64,000 nucleotides of DNA from Clostridium sp. 27_14 (GCA_001916035.1 MNRQ01000018.1:1427-65426); one strand, 5' to 3'; positions 19,782 through 31,116 are shown, counted from the first letter of the stretch. Numbers and translations: made by a program. The notes: generated from the letters alone by a model not told the origin.

Positions 19782-21490
19782 ATTATAAAAACAAGAAAGG
19801 AAAACAAACATTTATGAAAAAAGAAAAACTAAAAATAACAAAAACAAGTCTATTTATGATATTAGCAATAATATTAATAGCAATATTTTGCATATCAGTA
19901 TCACCAGTAACAATGCAAAATGACACATACTACACAATAAAAATAGGAGAACACATACACAAATACGGAATAGACATGAAAGACCCATTCTCATGGCACG
20001 AAGACCTAGGATACACATATCCACACTGGTTATATGACCTATTAACATATTACATATACTCAGCAACAGGATTCATGGGAATCTTTATAGTAACATGCAT
20101 ACTATCATGCATATTAGGAATATCACTATTTTTAGTAACAGAAAAACTAACAAAAAACAAAGTAATATCATTTATAGTAACAATAGGAGCAATGTATGTA
20201 CTAAAACCATATATAGCAGCAAGAGCACAACTAGTAACATTCATACTATTTATATGGACAATATATTTCATAGAAAAATTTATAGAAACAGGAAAAATAA
20301 AATATGCAATACCACTAATACTAATACCAATAGCAATAGCAAATCTACACGTAGCAGTATGGCCATTCTATTTTGTACTATATTTACCATATATAGGAGA
20401 ATACATATTAGCATATATATCAGAAATTGTATTTTATGACAAAATACAAAGACATTACATGAAAAAGAAAATAGAATACTTACAAAAAATAAAAAACAAA
20501 GGACAAAAAAATGTAGACGAAAAAATTGAAAAAGCACAAGCACAACTAAAAGAAATGAACGAAAAAGCATCAAAAGTAAAAATAAAAAGAGATCAAAACC
20601 AAAAAAAGGCATACAAAATAAGAATAACAAAAGATAAAAATGTAAAATATCTAATAATAATCATGATAATATGTATATTTACAGGACTACTAACACCACT
20701 AGGAAATGTACCATACACATATTTATATAAAACAATGGCAGGAAACACAACACAAAACATAAATGAACATTTACCAATGACACTATCAAGCAACACAGAA
20801 GCACTATTTATGATAGTCCTATTTTTAGCAGTACTAATGTTTACCAAAACAAGAATACGCCTACATGACTTATTATTCATAGGAGGACTAGGATATTTAA
20901 TGCTAGCATCAAGCAGACAAATAACAATGTTCACAATAGTAGGAACAGTAATACTAACAAGATTAATAACACAAATGTTTAACGAATACAACTATGACTA
21001 CAACAAACTAATAAAAAGCATAATGACACCAGTTGTAACAATATTCTTAATAGTACTAGTAATATTTATAAGTTATAAACAAGCAATACCAAAAAAGAAT
21101 CTAAAATTTGTAAGTGAAAAAACATACCCAGTAAAAGCATGTGACTACATCTTAGAAAACATTGACTTAGGAAAAGCAAGATTTTACAACGAATATAACT
21201 ATGGAAGCTATATGCTATTTAGAGGAATACCAGTATTTATAGACTCCAGAGCAGACCTATACGCCCCAGAATTTAATAAAAAAGAAGACATATTCATGGA
21301 CTTTATAAACACATCATCAATTGCAACATTTTACGAAGACACATTCAAAAAATACAATATAACACACGTAATAGTATATGAAAACTCAAAAGTAAATATG
21401 ATTATCAAAAAAACAAATGACGAAAACTACAAAAAACTATATGAAGACGACAATTTTGTCATATACGAAAGACTAAATGCGGAAAAATAA
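19778..21490 (+). CDS. polytopic membrane protein (GT-C-like?) with a long charged loop
   Basis: More than 10 predicted TM segments, NDTYY in the first loop, and a K/E-rich loop at about residues 225-290. ATGA overlap with the kinase stop. Alternative start 19814. Confidence 0.6.
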   Translation: MNYKNKKGKQTFMKKEKLKITKTSLFMILAIILIAIFCISVSPVTMQNDTYYTIKIGEHIHKYGIDMKDPFSWHEDLGYTYPHWLYDLLTYYIYSATGFMGIFIVTCILSCILGISLFLVTEKLTKNKVISFIVTIGAMYVLKPYIAARAQLVTFILFIWTIYFIEKFIETGKIKYAIPLILIPIAIANLHVAVWPFYFVLYLPYIGEYILAYISEIVFYDKIQRHYMKKKIEYLQKIKNKGQKNVDEKIEKAQAQLKEMNEKASKVKIKRDQNQKKAYKIRITKDKNVKYLIIIMIICIFTGLLTPLGNVPYTYLYKTMAGNTTQNINEHLPMTLSSNTEALFMIVLFLAVLMFTKTRIRLHDLLFIGGLGYLMLASSRQITMFTIVGTVILTRLITQMFNEYNYDYNKLIKSIMTPVVTIFLIVLVIFISYKQAIPKKNLKFVSEKTYPVKACDYILENIDLGKARFYNEYNYGSYMLFRGIPVFIDSRADLYAPEFNKKEDIFMDFINTSSIATFYEDTFKKYNITHVIVYENSKVNMIIKKTNDENYKKLYEDDNFVIYERLNAEK

Positions 21491-21547
21491 AATCATAATA
21501 AAAGGACTAAATGCAAAAATAAAATTATAAAGAAAAGAGGACAAAAA

Positions 21548-22456
21548 GTGGAAAAAATTATAATAGAAAAAGAAAAAGCAGGAAAAAGAATAGACATATT
21601 TATAAGTGAACAAAAGCAAATTTCAAGAGAAACAGCAAAAAGATGGATTGAACAAGAAAATGTAACAATAAACAATAAAAAAGTAAAACCATCATACAAA
21701 ACACAAGAAAACGATATTATAAATATAGAACCAGAAGAAATAAAAGACATTGAATTAAAAGCACAAAACATACCACTAGAAGTCTTATACCAAGACAATG
21801 ATATATTAGTCGTAAACAAACCAAAAGGAATGGTAGTACACCCAGCAAACGGAAATCCAGACGGAACACTAGTAAATGCAGTTATGGCATTATGCAAAGA
21901 CACACTATCAGGAATAGGAGGAGAACTAAGACCAGGAATAGTACACAGACTAGACAAAGACACATCTGGAGCAATAATCATAGCAAAAAACGATAAATCA
22001 CATATACAACTTAGTGAAATGTTAAAAAATCATGAAATAGAAAAAACATATATAGCACTAGTAAGAGGAATAGTAAAAGAAAATGAAGCAACAATAAACA
22101 TGCCAATATCAAGAAGTCAAAATGACAGAAAAAAAATGGCAGTAAACAGAGAAGGAAAAAATGCAATAACACACATAAAAGTAATAGAAAGATTTTACAA
22201 CCACAATGTAACACTACTAGAAGTAAAAATAGAAACAGGAAGAACACACCAAATAAGAGTACACCTATCAAAAATAGGATACCCAATAATAGGAGACGAA
22301 GTATACTCAAACGGTAAAAACGAATGGGGAATACATGGACAATGCCTACACGCAAAAAGTCTAAAATTTAAGCATCCAATAAATAATAAAGAAATGTACA
22401 TAGAAGCAGAACTACCAGAATATTTTCAAGAAATAATAAAAAAATGCAAACAATAA
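21548..22456 (+). CDS. rluD: RluA-family 23S rRNA pseudouridine synthase (RluD-like)
   Basis: S4 domain followed by HRLDKDTSG and GRTHQIRVH motifs. Confidence 0.88.
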   Translation: MEKIIIEKEKAGKRIDIFISEQKQISRETAKRWIEQENVTINNKKVKPSYKTQENDIINIEPEEIKDIELKAQNIPLEVLYQDNDILVVNKPKGMVVHPANGNPDGTLVNAVMALCKDTLSGIGGELRPGIVHRLDKDTSGAIIIAKNDKSHIQLSEMLKNHEIEKTYIALVRGIVKENEATINMPISRSQNDRKKMAVNREGKNAITHIKVIERFYNHNVTLLEVKIETGRTHQIRVHLSKIGYPIIGDEVYSNGKNEWGIHGQCLHAKSLKFKHPINNKEMYIEAELPEYFQEIIKKCKQ

Positions 22457-22482
22457 TCACAGAAAAAAGAAAGGAAATTATA

Positions 22483-23193
22483 ATGGAAGAAGAAAGACTA
22501 CAAAAATATTTAGCAAATCAAGGAATAGGGTCAAGAAGAAAATGCGAACAATACATTTTAGAAGGAAAAGTAACAGTAAATGGCAAAACAATTAAAGAAT
22601 TAGGAACAAAAATAAACCCAGAAAAAGACGAAATCTGCTATAACGGAAAAAAAGTAAACAAACAAGAAAAAAAGGTATATATATTATTAAACAAACCAAT
22701 AGGATATGTAACAACAGTAAAAGACCAATTCAACCGTGACACAGTAATGGACTTAATAAAAATAAAAGAAAGAATAGTACCAGTAGGAAGACTAGATATG
22801 TACACATCAGGAGCACTAATACTAACAAACGATGGAAATTTTGTATACAAATGCACACACCCAAAACACGAAATAACCAAAACATACACAGTAACACTAA
22901 AAGGAATAATAACAAAAGAAGAAGTAGAACAGCTAAAAAAAGGTGTTGACATAGGAGGATATACTACAAGACCAGCAAAAATAAAAATATTAAAAACAGA
23001 CCAAGAAAAAGACATATCAAGACTAGAAATAATAATACATGAAGGAAAAAATAGGCAAGTAAGAAAAATGTGTGAAGCAGTAGGAAGAAAAGTATTAGCA
23101 TTACATAGAACCAAAATAGGAAATATAGGAGTAAAAGATTTACCACTAGGAAAATGGAGATACCTAAAAACAGAAGAAATAAACAGATTTTAA
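22483..23193 (+). CDS. RsuA/RluB-family pseudouridine synthase
   Basis: S4 domain (RLQKYLANQGIGSRRK), GRLDMYTSG, EGKNRQVRKM. ATG 22483 is preferred to track start 22444. Confidence 0.85.
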   Translation: MEEERLQKYLANQGIGSRRKCEQYILEGKVTVNGKTIKELGTKINPEKDEICYNGKKVNKQEKKVYILLNKPIGYVTTVKDQFNRDTVMDLIKIKERIVPVGRLDMYTSGALILTNDGNFVYKCTHPKHEITKTYTVTLKGIITKEEVEQLKKGVDIGGYTTRPAKIKILKTDQEKDISRLEIIIHEGKNRQVRKMCEAVGRKVLALHRTKIGNIGVKDLPLGKWRYLKTEEINRF

Positions 23194-23307
23194 GCAATAG
23201 AAAATACAAAAAACATTAAGATAAAACAAAAAATAAATATTGCAAAATTATTTTCAAAAGTATATAATATGAACAAATAAAAGAAACCTAAGAAAAAGGA
23301 GAAACAA

Positions 23308-24114
23308 ATGAATAAATTCAATTTTTTACCAGAAGGCTGGAACACAGAAAAATATAAAATAACTAGCAACGAAGAAATAGAAAAATGTGCCAACACAGAA
23401 AAAATATGCCAAGGAATAGTAGAAAAATGTGACAATAATTATAACTTACACATCAATATAGGAAACAACATAATAGGAATAATGCCAAGAGAAGAAGTAG
23501 AAGGAATCAATATAGAACAAAATGGCTTACCAAAACAAAATCTATGTACAGGAAAAGTACATAAATTTGTACAATTCAAAATAAAAGGATTAAACGAACA
23601 ACACACACCAATACTATCAAGAAAAAGTGTACAAGAAGAAGCAATGGAAGCAGTAAAAAAAGACCTAGAAGTAGGAGATAAAATAAACGGAATAGTAAAA
23701 AACATAACACCATATGGAGCATTTATAGAAATAGGTGGAGGAGTAGTAGGACTAGCACATATAGAAGACTTATCAGTAGCAAGAATAAAAACACCGTATG
23801 AAAGACTAAAAATTGGACAAAAAGTAAATATTGTGGTAAAATGTATAGACAGGGAAAGTGGAAAAATATCACTATCTTATAAAGAAAATTTTGGCACTTG
23901 GGAAGAAAATGTAGAAAACTTTAGAGCAGGAGAAAAAGTACAAGGAATAGTAAGAGAAACCGAAAAAAACAAAAACGGAATCTTTATAGAATTATCTCCA
24001 AATCTAGTAGGAATGGCAGAATACAAACCAGGATTTAGATATGGCCAAAAAATAGAAGTCTATATAAAAAAAATAGACTACAACAAAAGAAAAGTAAAAT
24101 TATTTATAATATAG
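23308..24114 (+). CDS. S1 RNA-binding domain protein
   Basis: GIVKNITPYGAFIEIGGGVVGLAHIEDLS and a second S1-like unit (GIVRETEKNKNGIFIELSPNLVGMAE). Confidence 0.75.
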   Translation: MNKFNFLPEGWNTEKYKITSNEEIEKCANTEKICQGIVEKCDNNYNLHINIGNNIIGIMPREEVEGINIEQNGLPKQNLCTGKVHKFVQFKIKGLNEQHTPILSRKSVQEEAMEAVKKDLEVGDKINGIVKNITPYGAFIEIGGGVVGLAHIEDLSVARIKTPYERLKIGQKVNIVVKCIDRESGKISLSYKENFGTWEENVENFRAGEKVQGIVRETEKNKNGIFIELSPNLVGMAEYKPGFRYGQKIEVYIKKIDYNKRKVKLFII

Positions 24115-24191
24115 AAAAAATAAAAAGCAATCTATAATTATAAATATATATACATATAAGTAGAAAATTCTAAATTAAAGGAGGAATTAAT

Positions 24192-25127
24192 ATGGTTGAA
24201 GATAACCAAATTAAAGCACAAGTATCACCATTTGCAATTAGAGAAGGTGAAATAAAAACATTTGACGGAAAAGACGGATATGTATCAATGAACCAAATAG
24301 TACATAAGATAAACATAGGACATATTACAGACATACACTTTGCAATACTAGAATTAGTAAATCAATTCGAATTTATAACATCAAGACAACTATACCAAAT
24401 GTTAGAAATAAAAGGAATTGACGCAAAATCACAAGACAAATTAAACAACAAACTAGAAGCACTAGTAAAATCTAAAATTTTAACAAGATATTATTTCACA
24501 TCAGAAGAAGGAAAAGGAATATACAGAATATACTGCCTAGAAAAAATGGGAAAATATTTATTAAACTCAAAAGAAATCGAATGCAAATGGCAACCATCAG
24601 ACAATACAAAACCAGTACCAATGATAAAAAAGAGACTAGCAGGAAACCAAACATTAATAGCATATTTAAGAAAAGTAAAAGCATTTGATGATTTTGTTGT
24701 AAAACCAAGTTTAACAGCAAAAACAGCAGGAAAAGTATTCAAAGCAACAGGAGGAAGTGTAAAACTAACAAAAAACAAAAAATCAATACAATTCCTATTT
24801 GAAGTCATCAGAAGAGAACCAGACTGGAAGAAAAAACTAGTTGAAAAAATGAGACTATATCAAGACTTTTATGCCAACTTTGTCCCAGGAGACTCAGGAT
24901 TTAGTACAATGCCACAACTAATATTTGTATGTGAAGACGAAAAACACATGGCAGAAACATTTAAAGAAATCATAACAAACCAAGTTGAAATACCACAACT
25001 AAAATTATACTTCACTACAGATTTAAGACAAAACGAAGAAACACTAGAAAACACTTTAGTAGAATTCAAACTAGTTGACGGAAAATACAAAATGGAAAAT
25101 ATAGAACTAAAATTATTAGGAATGTAA
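24192..25127 (+). CDS. replication-relaxation-family-like protein (winged-helix N-terminus)
   Basis: ITDIHFAILELVNQFEFITSRQLYQML...LEALVKSKILTRYYF resembles Replic_Relax proteins of plasmids and ICEs. Assigned from memory only. Confidence 0.4.
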   Translation: MVEDNQIKAQVSPFAIREGEIKTFDGKDGYVSMNQIVHKINIGHITDIHFAILELVNQFEFITSRQLYQMLEIKGIDAKSQDKLNNKLEALVKSKILTRYYFTSEEGKGIYRIYCLEKMGKYLLNSKEIECKWQPSDNTKPVPMIKKRLAGNQTLIAYLRKVKAFDDFVVKPSLTAKTAGKVFKATGGSVKLTKNKKSIQFLFEVIRREPDWKKKLVEKMRLYQDFYANFVPGDSGFSTMPQLIFVCEDEKHMAETFKEIITNQVEIPQLKLYFTTDLRQNEETLENTLVEFKLVDGKYKMENIELKLLGM

Positions 25128-25209
25128 TATATAAAGATAAAGGTTGGAAAAATTCAAATTTTCCAACCACATTTATATTAAAAGAAAATATAAAAGGAAG
25201 ATATAAAAA

Positions 25210-26061
25210 ATGGAAATAATAGTAGGAAAAACAGCTGGATTTTGCTATGGAGTAAACAGAGCAGTAGAAGGAAGCAAAAAAATATTAAAAGAAAGCAAAG
25301 AAGGCAATATATACTGTTTAGGAGAAATAGTACACAACAAAACAGTAGTAGATGAACTAAAAAAAGAAGGAATAAAATTTATTAACAAAATAGAAGAAGC
25401 AAAAGGAACAACAATAATCAGAGCACATGGTGTACCAAAAGAAATATATAAAGAAGCAGAAAACAAAAAAATAGAATTAAAAGACTATACATGTCCAAAT
25501 GTACTAAAAATACATGAAATTGCAAAAAAATACGCAGAAGAAGGATACTTCATTCTATTATGTGGAAACAAAGAACACCCAGAAAACATAGGAACAATAA
25601 GTTATTGTGGCAAAAATTTTTATGTAATAAATAACGAAAAAGAAGTATACAAAGCAATAGACAAAATAGAAAAATCAAAAATAAAAAAAGTATTACTAAT
25701 ATCACAAACAACATTTAGTGTAGAAAAATACTTTATAATAAGAGAAATATTAGGAAATGAATTAAACAGAGATATAGAATTTATTTCAAACAACACAATT
25801 TGTAAAGCAACAGAACTAAGACAAGAAGAAACAAGAAAAATAGCATCAAAAGTAGACTATATGATAATAATAGGAGGAAAAAACAGCTCTAATACTCAAA
25901 AATTATATGAAGTAGCCAAACAAGAATGTACAAACACAATATGTATAGAAAACGCAGAAGAATTAAACACAGCAAAGATAAAAGAATTTAACAAAATAGG
26001 AATTATGGCAGGAGCATCAACACCAAAAGAAAGCATAGACAATGTAATAGAAAAAATATAA
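25210..26061 (+). CDS. ispH: 4-hydroxy-3-methylbut-2-enyl diphosphate reductase
   Basis: GFCYGVNRAV, RAHGV, SQTT and IGG.NSSNT motifs. Confidence 0.9.
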   Translation: MEIIVGKTAGFCYGVNRAVEGSKKILKESKEGNIYCLGEIVHNKTVVDELKKEGIKFINKIEEAKGTTIIRAHGVPKEIYKEAENKKIELKDYTCPNVLKIHEIAKKYAEEGYFILLCGNKEHPENIGTISYCGKNFYVINNEKEVYKAIDKIEKSKIKKVLLISQTTFSVEKYFIIREILGNELNRDIEFISNNTICKATELRQEETRKIASKVDYMIIIGGKNSSNTQKLYEVAKQECTNTICIENAEELNTAKIKEFNKIGIMAGASTPKESIDNVIEKI

Positions 26062-26067
26062 AAAAAG

Positions 26068-26103
26068 CACTAGAAACTAATAAGTATAAATAGTTTTCTA
26101 GTG
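26068..26103. terminator. hairpin between convergent ispH and pflA
   Basis: cactagaaacta / tagttttctagtg. Confidence 0.6.
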
Positions 26104-26134
26104 TTTTAAAATTTTAAAACTAAATTTTAATATA

Positions 26135-26875
26135 TTAAATTCCTAATATTTTTTTAGCCCTATCAACATCATCAGAATTAGCCACTCTAACATTTTCTAA
26201 AGGATACTTAAAACCAAGCTCTTTCCATTTAAACTTACCCATATCATGATAAGGTAATAATTCAATTTTTTGAACATTAGATAAAGAAGATAAAAACTCT
26301 TTCAATTTAAGCAAATCATTTTCATCATCAGTATATCCAGGAACAAGAACCTGTCTAATCCAAACTGGAATATTATTATCACTCAAATATCTAGCAAAAT
26401 TTAACTCCAAAGAATTTCCAACGCCAACGAGTTCCTTACACTTATTATTATCAATATGTTTAATATCCAATAAAACCAAATCTGTCAAAGTAAGTAATTC
26501 TCTAATATCTTTAGTAATAGCCACCATTCCAGAAGTATCAATACAAGTATGGAAACCAGCAGCCTTTAACTTTGTAAACAATTCAATCAAAAAATGAACT
26601 TGTAACAAAGGCTCACCACCTGTAACTGTAACACCACCAGAAGGGAAAATATAATTTTTATACTTTAAAATTTTCTCATAAATATCATCTAAAGACTTAT
26701 AGCTACCACCATTCATATCCCAAGTATCCCTATTGTGGCAATATTTACATTGCAAATGACATCCTTGCAAAAACAACACAAAGCGAATACCAGGGCCATC
26801 TACAGTACCAAAAGATTCTATAGAATGAACTTTAGCATAATATTTTAAATTTTCATTTTCCATATAAAGATTCAT
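26135..26875 (-). CDS. pflA: pyruvate formate-lyase activating enzyme
   Basis: Radical SAM CHLQCKYCHN, GGVTVTGGEPLLQ. The exact start (26875 or 26863) is uncertain. Confidence 0.92.
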   Translation of the reverse strand: MNLYMENENLKYYAKVHSIESFGTVDGPGIRFVLFLQGCHLQCKYCHNRDTWDMNGGSYKSLDDIYEKILKYKNYIFPSGGVTVTGGEPLLQVHFLIELFTKLKAAGFHTCIDTSGMVAITKDIRELLTLTDLVLLDIKHIDNNKCKELVGVGNSLELNFARYLSDNNIPVWIRQVLVPGYTDDENDLLKLKEFLSSLSNVQKIELLPYHDMGKFKWKELGFKYPLENVRVANSDDVDRAKKILGI

Positions 26876-26962
26876 TCCTTTCTCAATTCATCAAAGGAAC
26901 ACAAATCAATAAAAGTCCCTAATTCTTAAAAACTAATAACTTTTTAATACCATAAAAGATAA

Positions 26963-29200
26963 TTAAATTTTTTCATGAATAGTCCTGTTAACAACATCTA
27001 ATTGTTGTTCTCTAGTAAGTTTAGTAAAGTTAACAGCATATCCAGAAACACGTATAGTCAATTGAGGATACTTTTCAGGATGATCCATAGCATCTAGTAA
27101 CAACTGTCTATCAAAAACATTAACATTTATATGATGACCAGTTTGTTTAAAATATCCATCAAGCATTGTAACTAGATTATCAACACGTTGCTCATCAGTT
27201 TTTCCTAAAGTACCAGGAGTAATAGAAAATGTAAAGGAAATTCCATCTTCAGCCTCTTCAAAAGGTAATTTAGCAATAGAATTCATAACAGCCAAAGCAC
27301 CATTTTTATCTCTACCATGCAAAGGATTTGCTCCAGGACCAAAAGGTGCACCAGCACGTCTACCATCAGGAGTATTACCAGTAGCCTTTCCATATACAAC
27401 ATTAGAAGTTATAGTCAAAATAGATAAAGTATGTTTAGAATTTCTATATGTTTGATGTTTTTGTAATTTAACCAAAAATGCTTTAACAATATCAACAGCA
27501 ATTTGATCAACTCTATCATCATCATTTCCAAACTTAGGAAAATCACCTTCAACTTCATAATCAACAGCCAAATTATTTTCATCACGAATAACTTTTACTT
27601 TAGCATATTTTATAGCAGACAAAGAATCAGCTACAACAGATAAACCAGCAATACCACAAGCCATTGTTCTTATAATATCTTTATCATGTAAAGCCATTTC
27701 AATTGCCTCATAAGAATATTTATCATGCATAAAATGAATAGCATTTAAAGCCTTAATATAAATTTTAGCAACATAATCCATCATTTGATCAAATTTTTCC
27801 ATAACTTCATCATAATCTAAATAATCAGAAGTAATAGGTGCATATTTTGGAGTAACTTGTTTTCCAGTTTTCTCATCTTTCCCACCATTTATAGCATATA
27901 ATAAAGTTTTAGCTAAGTTAGCCCTAGCACCAAAGAATTGCATTTGTTTTCCAATTTTCATAGGAGAAACACAACAAGCAATACCATAATCATCACCCAA
28001 AGTAATTCTCATTAAATCATCATTTTCATATTGCAAAGAAGAAGTTTTAATAGATAAATTTGCAACATAACGCTTAAAAGCATCAGGTAATCTAGTTGAC
28101 CATAATACAGTCATATTTGGTTCAGGGGCAGGACCTAAATTCTCTAAAGAATGTAACAATCTATAAGAGTTTTTAGTAACTAAAGTTCTACCATCAATAC
28201 CCATACCACCAATACTTTCAGTTACCCAAACAGGATCACCACTAAATAATTCATTATATTCAGGAGTTCTCAAAAATCTAACAAGTCTCAATTTCATTAT
28301 AAAATGATCCATAATTTCTTGAGCCTCTTTTTCTGTAATAATACCACTTTGCAAATCTCTCTCAAAATAAATATCCAAAAATGTAGAAGTTCTACCTAAA
28401 CTCATAGCGGCACCATTCTGATCTTTTATAGCAGCCAAATAAGCAAAATATAACCACTGAACAGCCTCTTTTGCAGTTGAAGCAGGTTCAGAAATATCAA
28501 AATCATACTTACCAGCCATAACTTTTAATTCATTTAAAGCCTTTATTTGTTCTTTAATTTCTTCTCTTTCACGAATAATATCTTCTGTTAATTCATCTAC
28601 ATCTAAAATATCTAATTCTTGAGTTTTTTCTTGAATTAAATAATCAACACCATAAAGAGCAACTCTTCTGTAATCTCCAATAATTCTACCACGTCCATAT
28701 CCATCAGGTAAACCAGTTATTAAATGACTAGAACGAGCAGCTCTAATATCAGGAGTATAAACATCAAAAACACCATCATTATGTGTTTTTCTATAATGAT
28801 GAAAAATATTCTCCACTTCATCATCAACTTTTCTGCCATAAGCCTCACAAGACTTTTCAACTATTCTAATTCCACCAAAAGGCATAATAGCCCTTTTTAA
28901 AGGTTTATCAGTTTGTAAACCAACAATTTCCTCTAAATCCTTATCAATATATCCAGCATCATGAGCAGAAACAGTTGAAATAGTTTTTGTATCTATATCT
29001 AAAACTCCGCCTTCACTTTCATGTTCTTTTTTATATAACTCTAGTACTTCATTCCATAATTTATCTGTTTTTTCAGTAGTTTTCTCTAAGAAGTTGGAAT
29101 CTCCATCATAAGGTGTATAATTATTTTGAATAAAATCTCTAACATTTATTTCCTGTTTCCAATCTCCACCTTTAAAACCATTCCATTGTTTAAAATTCAT
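26963..29200 (-). CDS. pflB: formate C-acetyltransferase (pyruvate formate-lyase)
   Basis: 745 aa, active-site ACCVSPM, glycyl-radical motif [11 protein letters not shown]. Confidence 0.96.
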   Translation of the reverse strand: MNFKQWNGFKGGDWKQEINVRDFIQNNYTPYDGDSNFLEKTTEKTDKLWNEVLELYKKEHESEGGVLDIDTKTISTVSAHDAGYIDKDLEEIVGLQTDKPLKRAIMPFGGIRIVEKSCEAYGRKVDDEVENIFHHYRKTHNDGVFDVYTPDIRAARSSHLITGLPDGYGRGRIIGDYRRVALYGVDYLIQEKTQELDILDVDELTEDIIREREEIKEQIKALNELKVMAGKYDFDISEPASTAKEAVQWLYFAYLAAIKDQNGAAMSLGRTSTFLDIYFERDLQSGIITEKEAQEIMDHFIMKLRLVRFLRTPEYNELFSGDPVWVTESIGGMGIDGRTLVTKNSYRLLHSLENLGPAPEPNMTVLWSTRLPDAFKRYVANLSIKTSSLQYENDDLMRITLGDDYGIACCVSPMKIGKQMQFFGARANLAKTLLYAINGGKDEKTGKQVTPKYAPITSDYLDYDEVMEKFDQMMDYVAKIYIKALNAIHFMHDKYSYEAIEMALHDKDIIRTMACGIAGLSVVADSLSAIKYAKVKVIRDENNLAVDYEVEGDFPKFGNDDDRVDQIAVDIVKAFLVKLQKHQTYRNSKHTLSILTITSNVVYGKATGNTPDGRRAGAPFGPGANPLHGRDKNGALAVMNSIAKLPFEEAEDGISFTFSITPGTLGKTDEQRVDNLVTMLDGYFKQTGHHINVNVFDRQLLLDAMDHPEKYPQLTIRVSGYAVNFTKLTREQQLDVVNRTIHEKI

Positions 29201-29319
29201 AATTCATCACAATCCTTCCACATATTTTTCCACTATAGTATTTCCAAGTATCCAAAAATGATACATATTAAGTATAATATTACATACATTACTTATAATA
29301 AAAATAAATAAAATATATT

Positions 29320-29649
29320 TTAATCTTCAGTTTCAGCAATAGCTTTTGCTACATTATAAATTAATTTTTGCTTTTTTGGAGAAACTTTTTTCAAAAGCTC
29401 TGCAAATTCATGTTCCAAATAATTTTTAGAATTATTTGCAGCACCATTTAAAATATAGCCTTCTGAAACATCTAGTAAACCACATATTTGATTTAATCTT
29501 TTCAAATTTATATGTGAATTTCCCCTTTCAACTCTACTTAAGAATGCAACAGATATATCTATTTGGTCTGCTAATTCTTCTTGAGTTAAATTTTTAGAAA
29601 GCCTAGCCTCTTTGATTCTTGAACCTATAACAGAGTAATCAATCGCCAT
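29320..29649 (-). CDS. XRE-family HTH regulator (paralog of 46847..47179)
   Basis: TQEELADQIDISVAFLSRVERG HTH. Shared C-terminal NYLE.EF..LLKK.SPK.QK.IY motif. Confidence 0.8.
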   Translation of the reverse strand: MAIDYSVIGSRIKEARLSKNLTQEELADQIDISVAFLSRVERGNSHINLKRLNQICGLLDVSEGYILNGAANNSKNYLEHEFAELLKKVSPKKQKLIYNVAKAIAETED

Positions 29650-29975
29650 TTATTATCACTTCCCTTTCCTAGGTAAAATAAATTGAAAAACAAATAGTAC
29701 GAATTTTCAACAAATAATACCTTTTTATTCTGACTAATAATATATCATTTAACTTATAAGTTTGGAAGTAACCTTAAATGAAATATGAAACTAATAAGTT
29801 AACAATACTTCATGAAGTATAAGAAACAAGAAAAAAGTAAAAAAACAACACAAGAAAATACAAGAAAAAGAAAGAAAAAACGAGAAAAATAAAGAAAAAT
29901 AGGTAAAAAAGAAAAAATAAAAGTCCAAAAACAAGAAAAAAAGTAAAAAAAAACTATAAAATATGTATACATAAT

Positions 29976-30004
29976 TTGATTTTGTAAACAATATATAGTA
30001 TAAT
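29976..30004 (+). promoter_or_regulatory. sigma-A type promoter
   Basis: TTGATT, 17 nt, TATAAT. Confidence 0.6.
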
Positions 30005-30040
30005 AAACAAGTCACGCTATTAAAAAACACATAAAGGAGA

Positions 30041-31033
30041 GTGGATTTTATTTTAGTAAGTAGAAGATTAAAATTCTACACAAAAGAAATAATAAAAGTT
30101 TTAAATATAGCAATAATAGGCATGGCAATTATATTAGCGTTGATACTTATCAAATATAAGCCAGCTTATGAAGTAAAAATAGCAGAAAAAGAAATTGGAT
30201 TTATAGCAAACAAAACAAATTTTGAAAACATGATAGAAAACTATATAAAAAATTATAATTCAAAAAATGTAGAAAGTGTTAGTATAACAAATAATCCAGA
30301 ATACAAATTAAAACTAATTGATAAAAAACAGGAGACAAGTGAAAATGAAATTTTAATAGCAATGCAAAAAGACATGATAATAAAATATCATTATTATGAA
30401 ATTTACATCAACAACCAAAAAGTGGAAAGTGTGGATACATTAGAAGAAGCACAAACAATTACAAACAAAATAGAAGAAGTAGATAACAACATAAAATATG
30501 AAATAAAAGAAATAAACACACAAAATGTAGACGAAATAAACACAAGTGAATTTGAAGTTGCAAAAAATAATGTATTAAAGGAAGCCAACATAATAGAAGA
30601 AGAAAAACAAAAAGAAGAAGAACAAGAAAAATTACCAAACATAAACGGAATAAAATTAGCAGTATTACCAGTCCAAGGAAATATAACATCAAGATATGGA
30701 GTTAGTAGTAGAATAAGAGTATCAACACATACAGGATTAGACATAGCAGCAGTAACAGGAACAGCAATAAAAGCAGTAGCAGCAGGAACAGTTACAAATG
30801 CAGCATATACAGGCTCTTATGGAAATTTAGTAAAAATTGATCATGGTAATGGAGTAGAAACATGGTATGGACATACAAGTAAAATGTATGTAAAAGTCGG
30901 ACAAAATATTCAAGCAGGAGACACAATAGCAGCTGTAGGTACTACAGGAAACTCAACAGGACCACATTTACATTTTGAAATAAGAATAAATGGACAACAC
31001 ATAAACCCACAAAACTATATATACAACAATTAG
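30041..31033 (+). CDS. membrane-anchored M23 family metalloendopeptidase
   Basis: HTGLDIAA, IDHGNG..T.YGH, TGNSTGPHLHFEIR. The start codon is uncertain because GTG 30041 is only 1 nt from the SD. Confidence 0.85.
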   Translation: MDFILVSRRLKFYTKEIIKVLNIAIIGMAIILALILIKYKPAYEVKIAEKEIGFIANKTNFENMIENYIKNYNSKNVESVSITNNPEYKLKLIDKKQETSENEILIAMQKDMIIKYHYYEIYINNQKVESVDTLEEAQTITNKIEEVDNNIKYEIKEINTQNVDEINTSEFEVAKNNVLKEANIIEEEKQKEEEQEKLPNINGIKLAVLPVQGNITSRYGVSSRIRVSTHTGLDIAAVTGTAIKAVAAGTVTNAAYTGSYGNLVKIDHGNGVETWYGHTSKMYVKVGQNIQAGDTIAAVGTTGNSTGPHLHFEIRINGQHINPQNYIYNN

Positions 31034-31116
31034 AAGAAAGAATAATTATTGAAAGAATTAAAAACTTTCATTACTATATATGACTTTAATTGAAACTAGA
31101 AAGGAATGAAATTTTA

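Noticed and set aside
29791-30030. 79-aa minus-strand ORF in the XRE/M23 intergenic region.
   Set aside because: It is the translation of a near-homopurine tract (poly-F/L/S). It has no RBS and overlaps the M23 gene promoter.
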